Below, in pieces: positions 1 through 10,114 of a stretch of 64,000 nt of DNA; positions within the stretch are counted from its first letter, which is position 1, and every line of letters starts with the position of its first letter. A program made the position numbers and the translations under genes. The notes beneath the pieces are model-generated. The model did not search any database. It was not told the origin of the DNA and saw nothing but the letters and a program-made list of their open reading frames with translations. Source of the stretch: Octopus vulgaris (taxonomy: Eukaryota). The stretch is taken from positions 3,534,001 to 3,598,000 of the forward strand of contig OX597834.1 of the NCBI GenBank assembly GCA_951406725.2, written 5' to 3'.

Positions 1-891
1 GTGTAATTAATGAAATATTCTAGAAACCAAACACCTGTTGCCCGTAATGGAATTGATCAAAGTCCAGCCATCTCTACAATTGGTCAGTTATATTTAAACC
101 AAGGACAAGTTAAGACCGTTACAGGGGTAGCCGTAAATAAAGACGAAAATGAACCAGTAAATAAAAAGGTATCGGGGAGAAGACTATGTTATAAGTGGCC
201 CGAGGCCGCTTATGCCCCTCTACACCATCTCAACATAACATAAAATAGAAATAAAGTAAGTACTAGCAATCAATACGGCCAAAAACTTTTTAACAGTTAA
301 GGTGAGACTACTGATAGGGAGCTGAATACTAATAGAAATTACCTTCGAAATATAATGCTAAACCTGACATCTTAAATAGCCAGCATACTTCCAAGTGGTG
401 ATTACAAGATGTAAATGTCTACACGTTACTGAGTGCATTCTGCCTCTTAGACAACCACTTGAAGGTTTATCTTACTCCAGGCCAAAATAAGTTATAGCTG
501 TAATTCAAAGGCACCAGCCTTGTCATATTCTGTGTGAGGTTGAATCTCCCCGAGAACTACATTAATGATATGCATGTCTGGGGATTACTCAGCCATTTGC
601 GAGTTAATTTTATCCTCGTATGGTAATGAAAAGTGAAAGTGTCATCCTATATTTTATGTGTCTATGTATCTATGTACCAACTTTTCTTTCGATCTATGTA
701 TCTACTGTCTCTCTCACTTTCTCTCTTTCTCTGTCACTTCCTCTGTGTCCCTCCTCTCTCCCGTTTTTAATTAAACAACGTGTGCATGTATCTGTGTGTC
801 AAATTTTCTTTCGATCTATTTATCTACTTTTCTTGCGATGTAATAAACATTTAGAAACACAAAACGAACGCCATCACCACTCACTGTTTAT

Positions 892-892
<1 letters not shown>

Positions 893-929
<37 letters not shown>
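893..929. repeat. (CT)n microsatellite upstream of each DUF229 copy, length varies between units
   Basis: Directly visible. Confidence 0.9.
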
Positions 930-933
<4 letters not shown>

Positions 934-1175
934 ATCTTTCACTCTCATTCTCTCTTTCTTTCTCACTCTCTCTTTCTCTCTTACTTCCTCTCTGTCCTCT
1001 CCCTCGCTTTGCCACTGACTTCTTCCTTTGAAGTAAGTGTGACACACACCACAGATGCGTACAAAAAGAACAAGTTGGCGTATTAATATTATTAATAAAT
1101 GTAACTATGTCTAATATAAATGTGTAAGCGTTTGTAAAGTATTTCATTGTTTTAGGTAAATTTTAAAATAAAATA

Positions 1176-1191
1176 TTTTAACCTTTTTCAG
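1176..1191 (+). other. Putative splice acceptor 5 nt upstream of the DUF229 ATG, implying an upstream non-coding exon
   Basis: ttttaacctttttcAG|gtttcATG, a pyrimidine tract plus AG, is conserved before all three copies. Confidence 0.55.
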
Positions 1192-1196
1192 GTTTC

Positions 1197-3161
1197 ATGA
1201 GGAAAAAAGTGAAAGAAATGAATAAAAAAGCAATAATTCCTATTCTGTGTTTGGGTACCACAATTTCCATATTTATTATACGGAGTTTCAACCTGAATAA
1301 GGAAAACATGCAATTGATAGAAATGGAAATTAACAAAGGATTCTTGGTTGATTCGAAAATGTGCAGGATACCAAATATTGATCCATTCGACATTTCCGTG
1401 CGTAAATATTTCTCGATAAGTAAATGGCGACCCTGTCCAGGTAAAGCTTCTTTGACGTACCAAGAGGATAATGTTTTGAGAATTAATAAAGCTGTTATCA
1501 TACAAAAGTATAAAAACAATTTCCATTCATGCAAAATATATCCAATAGTAAGGAATGATACTGACGATGATCATGTCGACTACATGAAGGAATCTTTACT
1601 GTTTAAATCAGATGTGAATATAACTGATGAATTTATTAGAGTTCAATGTTTTAATAGAAACAATAAAACAATTTCCACAAATTTCCACGCCTTTGTCCAG
1701 ATGAAAGAATTACGGCCTAAGGATACGAACCCATATAATACTGGTTACGATGGCATATACTCTTCAAAAGATTCTATGAAAAACATTGATTTTTCAAACT
1801 TTGCAGAAAACAAGCTTTCACTGAATGTTCTTTTAATTGGAATTGATTCAGTTTCGCGATTGAATTTCATACGACAGATGCCGTTAACTCGTCAGTTTCT
1901 ATTAAGTCATGGCGCTATTGAAATGTTAGGTTACAACAAAGTGGGTGATAATACATTTCCCAATATCATACCATTTCTTACTGGGAAATACCTAGAAGAA
2001 CTACCTGAATCAAAGAAACTGGAAAGGGAGCCATTTGATAAATACGATATAATTTGGAAACATTATAATAAATCCGGGTACGTTACTATGTTTGCAGAAG
2101 ATTCAACATCTGGAGCAATATTTAACCACTTGAGGTACGGTTTTAAGAAACAACCGACTGACCATTATTTGAGACCATTTGCACTAGCAAGAGAGAAAGC
2201 AAAGTCTCTTTGGTCAAATAATAATTTTTGCTTTGGTAATCGAATGGAACCAGCTATAGTTCTACAATACACACATGATTTTCTCAGAGTCTACAAGGAT
2301 AAGCCATATTTCACTTTTACATTTATCACACGTATTTCACATGATGACATGAATATGGCTGGTCGTGGAGATTTTGAATATCTGAGGTTCCTTAAGAAAT
2401 CCTTTAATCAAAACCTTCTAAACAATACTATTTTGTTTTTCTTTTCTGATCATGGAATTAGATTTGGCTTATTTCGTAAGACTTATGTTGGTCGACTAGA
2501 AGAACGACTGCCTGCTATGTACATCCTTCCACCTGACTGGTTCAGAGACAAATTTCCGACATTATGGAATAATCTCAAAGTAAACACTCACCGATTGACA
2601 ACACCATTCGATATCTATGAAACCCTTCAAGATATTTTGGATATCGAAAAAACAGCAGAACGTTCTAAATCTAATGAAATTGACTACAACAATCTCAAAC
2701 GAATCAGCCTGTTCAGAGAGATACCTTTAAATCGTTCTTGTGAGGCAGCACATATTAAACCACACTGGTGTACATGTCACCTCTTTAATCCACTTGCTCT
2801 TAATGATAGCATTGTAATTAACGTAACTAATTACCTCGTGAATTATATAAACAACATGACATCAAATTCTAGTAAAGTGTGTGCCAGGTTAAAATTACAG
2901 GAAATCAAAAATGCTGAAATTTCAGTGATGAATGACCAGGTACTTTCCTATTTAGGCAAAGGAGTTCAGACTTATACGGATTACCGAATTATTATGCAAA
3001 CACTTCCCGGTGAAGGTTTATTTGAAGGAACAGTAAGATATTACAGTGACAATGAGCAGTTTTCATTGTTGGGGGAAATTAGTCGAATAAATCGCTATGG
3101 ACATCAATCTGAGTGTGTTCATGACTTTATCCTCAGGAAATATTGCTACTGTAACAAATAG
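1197..3161 (+). CDS. DUF229-family protein (alkaline phosphatase/sulfatase superfamily), type II membrane-anchored, 654 aa, copy 1
   Basis: Uninterrupted ORF. Basic N-terminus followed by a hydrophobic anchor (AIIPILCLGTTISIFII). Motifs LIGIDSVSRLNF, GYNKVGDNTFPN, GFKKQPTDHY, SHDD, FSDHG, EERLP, LTTPFDIYETL, RSCEAAHIKPHWCTC and C-terminal SRINRYG..C..KYCYC are typical of DUF229. Confidence 0.9.
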   Translation: MRKKVKEMNKKAIIPILCLGTTISIFIIRSFNLNKENMQLIEMEINKGFLVDSKMCRIPNIDPFDISVRKYFSISKWRPCPGKASLTYQEDNVLRINKAVIIQKYKNNFHSCKIYPIVRNDTDDDHVDYMKESLLFKSDVNITDEFIRVQCFNRNNKTISTNFHAFVQMKELRPKDTNPYNTGYDGIYSSKDSMKNIDFSNFAENKLSLNVLLIGIDSVSRLNFIRQMPLTRQFLLSHGAIEMLGYNKVGDNTFPNIIPFLTGKYLEELPESKKLEREPFDKYDIIWKHYNKSGYVTMFAEDSTSGAIFNHLRYGFKKQPTDHYLRPFALAREKAKSLWSNNNFCFGNRMEPAIVLQYTHDFLRVYKDKPYFTFTFITRISHDDMNMAGRGDFEYLRFLKKSFNQNLLNNTILFFFSDHGIRFGLFRKTYVGRLEERLPAMYILPPDWFRDKFPTLWNNLKVNTHRLTTPFDIYETLQDILDIEKTAERSKSNEIDYNNLKRISLFREIPLNRSCEAAHIKPHWCTCHLFNPLALNDSIVINVTNYLVNYINNMTSNSSKVCARLKLQEIKNAEISVMNDQVLSYLGKGVQTYTDYRIIMQTLPGEGLFEGTVRYYSDNEQFSLLGEISRINRYGHQSECVHDFILRKYCYCNK

Positions 3162-4546
3162 CATTCTTTAGTCCTGTTTTCGCAATGTCTAATTATATTA
3201 GAACACATCAAACTACTTAAGCTGTTTTTTGTATTTGATGGTCTCTGTATTTACAATACCTAACATGTTTGATGCGAAACTGTTTACATTTTATTGTGGA
3301 AACCGTCGAATGTATTAGAAGTTGATGCAACATTGCACAAGAATTATAGGATTTCGTAAATGTGTATTTTTTTATATTAACATCGCAGCTGAAATCGCTG
3401 TATCGCAGACGCATCGAATACTATTACGTTAACGGTTGGACACAAGCAGTCATGTGTGAGTTGTCTACGATAGATCATCCAATCGAGAGACAGCAAAACG
3501 TTACTCCTTCCCTCTCTCCGTGCGTGCATATTTTGTATATGTGCTCAAGCACGTGGTTTGTGTGTCTGTTTAAAGCTGAAAAATAAATATTCACTAAATG
3601 TTTCTAAACTTTAGTTTATTTGTAATTAGTTGATTAGTCCCTTCGTCAAAATTCGGAGTCTCACGTAAGTATACATATGTACACTTTTTTCACATCATTT
3701 CCCACAATATTTCCATAACTGAAGCAGAGTACTGAGTGCATTTTTTTTTCTTTTGTATAATAAAAATGTTATTCTCACCCTACTCTTATTAATCTCTGTC
3801 TATGAAGCAAGAATAATGAGTTTAATATAGAGAAACATCGGTACCTTTTCTCTTTGAAGAACAATCAAATTGCATTCCAGAAACTTTATAACATTCTTTT
3901 GTCAGTTTGTAGTAGAAAACTGAGCAGACAACCTCGTTATCTCCAAACCTTCCATCACTATTAAAGATCAAAAGGCATTTCCCGGCACAGTTTCAACTGC
4001 AGGTTAATAAACCGGATGCAAATAGCTTTAAATTCAGATTATTGCAAAGCACCCTTGCTTTTTAGTGATTTCATAGTATAAAAACTAACCTTTCTGCCCA
4101 TTCACCCAATGAATGAATTTTAAAAATCTATTTCCCATCAAATCCCTTCTCCTTGGACATCAGGACATGATTTGATACGATACATAGAAAATAATGCACA
4201 CACACAAATGCGTGCGCACTCACACACATAATTACAAATTAAAAGCAGCTCTGGTAATGTCTACATTGCCGGTTGCTCATATATAATAGTGTATGTATTT
4301 TGTTTATATGCTGAGGGGTAGCGTCTGGGGAACATTCCTTATACGATGCCGAAGGTTAAAGGACGCCAGGTGTCCCAGACCAGGCAAGGCAACTCGCCCC
4401 GAAAGGATCGAGAATGGAAGATACGGGTATTTCACCAATTTTGTGGCTTATCATTGCAATGTACTCAGATCACCTCAGAACGAAACGATTGTTTGTATGT
4501 TATTATTGAGTGAAGTTTATTTGCTGATGTACTGCGGCGTAGCACA

Positions 4547-5076
4547 TCTATATGTATAAAACTGTAGTTGTGTGAGTGTCTGTCCCCTTCGATTTAGATT
4601 CCTAACTACTCCCACATTTTGCGGTGCAGTTTAACCAAATTCGGGTATCTTATAGTCGTGATTCATATCGAGCCCGTCTGGCTATTAGCGCGCGTCTACG
4701 ATGAGTCTACGATTTTAAAAATAATTTAACATAATTTTTTATTCCATTTTAATGCACATTTTTTCGTGTGTCGATGGCGGCGGAGTTGGCGTCCACGCTC
4801 ACGCCTGCACCTGTTTGCTTCTCCCCCTTCTTCCTTCCCTCGTGAAGCTGTGGGGAAGGGAGTGTAAGGAAATCAACGTCGTAATGCGTTGTCAAGGAGA
4901 CCAGCGTTCTTTTAGAACAACGACTTCATGGCTTGAAGACACTGAGTCAACGATTAAAAAAAAAATTATCATAATTTTTTATTCCATTTTTAATGCATTT
5001 TTTGCTATAACTCTCTAAAAATGCTTATATAGTTATTTCCCTTACAAACCCGAGCAACGCCGGGCGATACTGCTAG
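4547..5076 (+). mobile_element. Non-autonomous Helitron
   Basis: A|TC 5' end, subterminal GC hairpin cccgagcaacgccggg, CTAG|T 3' end, no TSD. A second family member lies at a different site (29061). Confidence 0.75.
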
Positions 5077-5619
5077 TATGAAATAAAATTAAATTACGCA
5101 CGTAAAGCAATATCGGTTGCACATGTGTTTTGTTTAAACGGCCATTTGCTGCGGGATAGCATCCTGGCAAAGGTCCCTATACGACACTGTTAAAGAACAT
5201 CGCGTGTCCCAGACCAGGCGAGACAACCCGTCCCGAAGTGATCGACAATGGTATATATTGACATTTCGCCATTATCGAGGCTCCTCAATGTGTTTGGATC
5301 ACCTCGAAACGAAAGGAATCGCTGGTCTGGGACATGTTATATAACTGTTCAACATTTGGTAGATCGAGGCAAATTTCTACTGCGTCACCTGCTACGCCTC
5401 CGTGTTGCTGGGGTGTGTGTGCAGCATTGTGTGTTCTTTTCTGATGTTGGGAGTGTGCGGACTCTTCTCGGTGCTGTGTTGTGTTAGTCTTTTCCCCCTT
5501 GAGGTGTGGTGCCGTCTTTTGTTCTATTCTGTGTTGAGTGTGTAATGCTCTGGTTTTTCTAGCCTGCTGGTGGATTTTATTTCACTGGGCACACGCTGTA
5601 TAGAGTGTGTCTTGTATTT

Positions 5620-6300
5620 GTAGGTTGTTTTGTTTAGGTTGTATTATTGGATTGCTAGTGTCTTGCGTAGGATGTGGGCTGTTCCTTGCAGTGCTATGTT
5701 TTAGACAGTGTGTAGTGTTGAAGATCCAGGTATAGCTTCTACATTTTTGTTCATTTGATTCTTTATCATGCCCAATGCTCCAATTATTATTGGCATTGGT
5801 TTTATCCTCTTGCCACACATTTTAATACTTCAATTTTGTGGTCTTTCTACTTCGGCTATTTCTCCACTTTTTTGACAATAGTTTGGTGATTAGGGACTCC
5901 AATGTCTATCAGTAAATAGATGTTTTTTCCCCTAATCCTTGACAATTATGTCTGGGCGATTAGCTTTTATTTCTTTGTCGGTTTGAACCGGCAAATCACA
6001 GATGATCTTTGTCTTGTACCTTGCTTGGCACATGTTTATACCACCTGCTGTCAGTTTTGATGTTGTAATGTGGGCATATTATCCAGTGGATATAATTGCT
6101 TGCTTTACCGTGTCTGTATACATATTCAGATTTGGTAAGGACTGGACAGCCCGAGATAATGTGGTCAACTGTCTCATTGTGCTGGCTGCACATTCTGCAT
6201 TTGATGTTGTGACTTGTTTTCATTATTTTGGTTTTATAATTGTGTGTAATCAGGCATTACAAACATTACAAAAAATCCAGAGATCATTCTCAAATAATTT
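5620..6300 (-). mobile_element. Decayed RLE-type (R4/Dong-like) LINE 3' fragment
   Basis: CRMCSQHNETVDHIISGC zinc knuckle and RPDI-type endonuclease remnant, frameshifted; the paralog translates PIIIGALGMIK. Boundaries approximate. Confidence 0.75.
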
Positions 6301-7502
6301 TCAGTTCCTTTACTGATCATTTCAAGTGTTCCTACAATCACTGGTATTGTAACCGTCTTGAGATGTGTGGTCTTATTAAATGTTGTTTAGCTTTGACTTT
6401 TGTCTTGTACTCGAGATAATAATAAATATGTGAGGGTTGGAGTTAAAACTATTCCTGCCTCAGGGCTTGCAAATTCCAAGTTCATATCATACGAATAAAA
6501 AGAAGAAATGTCGTTTTGTGCAATGAAGAAAGAAGTCATTTTGTGCAATGTTGTTTCGGGGGGAGTTGAGTGACAAATAAAATGGGACGAATTTTCATTA
6601 TGGGCGACGGACACAAGCTTGTCTCCACATGAATCTTAGTCTCTCAAGCGTAAACCATTGGAAAATAGATAAGAGTGGCTTGTGTAAATGTGGGAATTTT
6701 TGAGTGACGAGCACGTACTCACCAACTACTCTACCCCCTCAGCTTGGAGTACAGATAGACATGTCGATGAAATAAAGTCCTTAGTTTGATACATCAGAGT
6801 AAAGGCTACAAACAATATATAATGCAAAATAAAAAAAAAACGAACTATGAATTTTGCAAGAAAGGCAAACTGTTAGAAGACCAATCTAAAATGGGATGGT
6901 ACGTGTGTGGTATTGCTGACTATGACATTAAATATCGCTGACCATATTTTACCATGAAAAGAGCTGACCTCGTATGAGGTACACGGAGAGGAAGGCGGAA
7001 TAAAGATGGCAGAGCTGACAATTACCTGAGAGGTGAAAACCAGTGGCGAGTTTGATTTGGGACGATGGAAGGTACATCAAGCTGGCAAAATACTGGATGA
7101 AAAACAACATGCTTTCCTGTAGGAGTGAATGTTAGAAAATTTGTTAGAACCAGGGCTCAGTCGATGCGGAGAAGCTTTGTAAAGCGGCAAAAGAAAGAAA
7201 CAAACTTTCAATGAAATTGTCAGCAACCGCAGAGAAAGCAAATCATTGTATATGGCTCATGAGATAAGATTTAATGTATTTAGTACAGCGAGGAACTTCT
7301 GATCTGTAACAGCTGGCTTTAAGGTTGACAGTGACAAATAGTTGAAAGTCATGACGTCTGACTGTGTAAAAGTATCGTCACCTTTATTTATGGGTGATCC
7401 TGAGTAGTTTTGATGAAATCTCTACATCTGCATTCTTCGGAGACGAAATACAATACAAATACGATTGATACGGAAGACGGAGTGTAACTAGAAGCTATAT
7501 TG

Positions 7503-7607
7503 GCACAACAATCGTTTCGGCTTCATTCTGCAGTGCTCCCTCGTAGGTGCGGGACGATGTAATGACATCAGATGCAACGCACAGTGAAGTAAACCTCATC
7601 AGGTGAC
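7503..7607 (-). ncRNA. Degenerate type I hammerhead motif with long stem II (copies ~24759-24863 and ~51280-51384)
   Basis: Minus strand CAC-CTGATGA-GG(T/C)TT...AAGCC-GAAA-CGATTG-TT-GTG. Confidence 0.45.
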
Positions 7608-8052
7608 GTAACATGCTTCAAAAGTTAACAGATTTACATTTTCTTTTCGCTCCAAGTTATATGCTGGTGGTGAGTTGCTCGCAGTTCAGATACATTTCGG
7701 TTAAGTGAGGAAGATGTAGTCAGGAAGAAACTAGAAAAATAAATCACAAGAATCTAATGTAAATAGGGATGAGGGGGTGTTTATAGTTGTGGTCAAGAAG
7801 TGGTTGTTAAAAAATAGAAGAAAAAATAATAAAAATAAAATACACAGAATTGAAGGTTAACGGAGGTGTGTATGAGGGAGGGTGTTTATGGCATTGGATC
7901 GAACAGCTTTAGCGTGTGGAGGCAGTCAAGCGCGATGGCGTGGTCGAGAATTTGGTGGGTGTGTGATTCCAGTCTTTAGACTTGGTGGATGCCTACACCG
8001 ACACACATACACACTCACAGATGTATACAAACATGTGGTGTGCGCGCATGTA

Positions 8053-8087
<35 letters not shown>

Positions 8088-8307
8088 CTTTTGCACGCAT
8101 ATTTTTTTCTCTCCTTTCTGTGTTTTTTTTTCTCTGTGTATCTTTCTGTTGAAGAGCGTAGGCTCAAAACGTTAAAGACTTGTTTCATTTATATTTCCTG
8201 AGCGCCATACTAATACAATTGTTTGTTTGTATTCTACCTGCCTTCGTCTTTTGTTTATTTCCGTAAACCTGCCTTCGTCTTTTGTCTATTTTCATAAAGC
8301 TTACCGT

Positions 8308-8342
<35 letters not shown>

Positions 8343-8404
8343 CTATGTGTGCGTGCTCTTACTCATACATAAACGTGTGTGTATATATAAATATAAATAT
8401 ACGA

Positions 8405-8636
8405 AGGCGGCGAGCTGGCAGAAACGTTAGCACGCTGGGCGAAATGCGTAGCCGTATTTCGTCTGCCGTTACTATTTGAGTTCAAATTCCGCCGAGGTCG
8501 ACTTTGCCTTTCATCCTTTCGGGGTCGATAAATTAAGTACCAGTTGCGCACTGGGGTCGATGTAATCGACTTGATCCCTTTGTCTGTCCTTGTTTGTCCC
8601 CACTATGTTTAGCCCCTTGTGGGTAATAAAGAAATA
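8405..8636 (+). mobile_element. tRNA-derived SINE
   Basis: A-box-like (gagctggcagaa) and B-box-like (gagttcaaattcc) head, central gcctttcatcctttcggggtcgataaa, AATAAAG tail. A family member sits at an independent site (12371). Confidence 0.8.
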
Positions 8637-9477
8637 TATAAATATAAATATACATACATACTTACACATACAACAGTGATATAAAAATTACACATTCACA
8701 CTAACTCAGAGTATAGCAATTTACATTTGTAATCATTGATCTAGAATCTGGCAAATAGAGTAACAAGCAATAGCTTTCCAATTGATGACAGTATAATATA
8801 TAAAAGAAGATGAGGAAACGAAAAATCGCACACACACACACACACATACACACAAACACACAAACAAGTACAAACATGCACATTTAGATAAAGGTTTAAA
8901 GTGACACGTACACTCGAATGCAAGAACGGTACATTGTTACACATTTGTTATCTCCGATTTTAGTTGTAGCTAACACAATGTGTCATGCAAATGACTAATT
9001 CATGATAAAGAACTTTCAGACAAAGATACATACACACAAGTTCAGGTACAGGCATGCGCATGTACATGCATACACATATATATAGAGGCTAATGTAAACT
9101 CTCTCAAACACGACAGAGAAGTACTCTGGCACTCATTTTAACGTAATATATATCCAAGCGCAGAACGTCGCTAATTGTGGTATTTTGTCTCAGAAAATTT
9201 CTCCTGGGAAACTTTGAGTATTATAAAACAGAGTTCACTGAGATTGATGCCAGTGCATTATCAGATACCAGTCCTTCAGCATTATTTGGCCTCCGCAGTG
9301 GTTGAACATCACAGGACATTCTGAGGTAAGTCGGAACCTTCGTTGCAATATAGAAATTAGTAAACAAGACATTCATTGATTTGTATGAAAGCATGCCTTC
9401 GTACTTCGAACAGCATTATATTAAAATAACAATAGTCGTAACATTTAAAGTGTATATAAAAAGTAGCTGTAATATTC

Positions 9478-10114
9478 TGTAACGGAGAAGTTACCTCTTG
9501 TTGCAGAGAAGACGTGGTCTAAAATGTGTAGTGACCCTATAGCGGTGCGCGCTCGCGCACGTCCATTTGTATTTCGCGGTGTTGGTGCCTTTACCAAGGC
9601 ACAGAAAGGAAGGGCCCTCTCGCGCATGCGCGAACCACCGGAAGCACGACCCTGGCCAAGGCAGGGGGATCGTAGAACGTTTGACCACTAGCAGCAGCAA
9701 GCGGCGACTTGGGACCCAGCGATTGAAGGCGGCGGTCACGCATATATTCTCTCCGTCTGAACTAGCTTCTAGCAGTCCTTACCAAAAGGGCTTTAACCTG
9801 GATTGTTGCAGACCAACATCGTCTCCATTGTTCGACGCCATCTTGGACCCTTTCTGTTTTTGGCGGCTGGACATTGTAAATATTACAATCGATTTACTTT
9901 CAGCCTTGCGCGCCCCGAACCAAGGACATCAGATAACACACTTATTGTTATTGTTACCAAGAAAGAGAATAAAGTAGTTATATATATTTTACGTCTGCGT
10001 CTTGTTGTTTCTGACTAGTAGAATTCTGGATTATTAAAGCAACGGCTAGTGAGTGATTGCTTTCTTGTACCCCGAAAGTACAAGACAAGACAAACTCACG
10101 CTAAGTTCGTTACA
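9478..10114 (+). mobile_element. Putative solo LTR
   Basis: TGTAACG...CGTTACA inverted termini, CpG-rich interior, AATAAA at 9968; no clear TSD. Confidence 0.6.

Noticed and set aside
620-1147. SL/ER-repeat ORFs upstream of DUF229
   Set aside because: Products of the (CT)n microsatellite.
1178-1534. Antisense ORFs overlapping the DUF229 5' end
   Set aside because: Shadow ORFs of the real coding strand.
8405-8495. tRNA gene
   Set aside because: It is the tRNA-like head of a SINE, with no complete cloverleaf.
9567-9977. 136-151-aa ORF in the CpG-rich patch
   Set aside because: Lies inside a putative LTR, is frameshifted between units, and has no domain.
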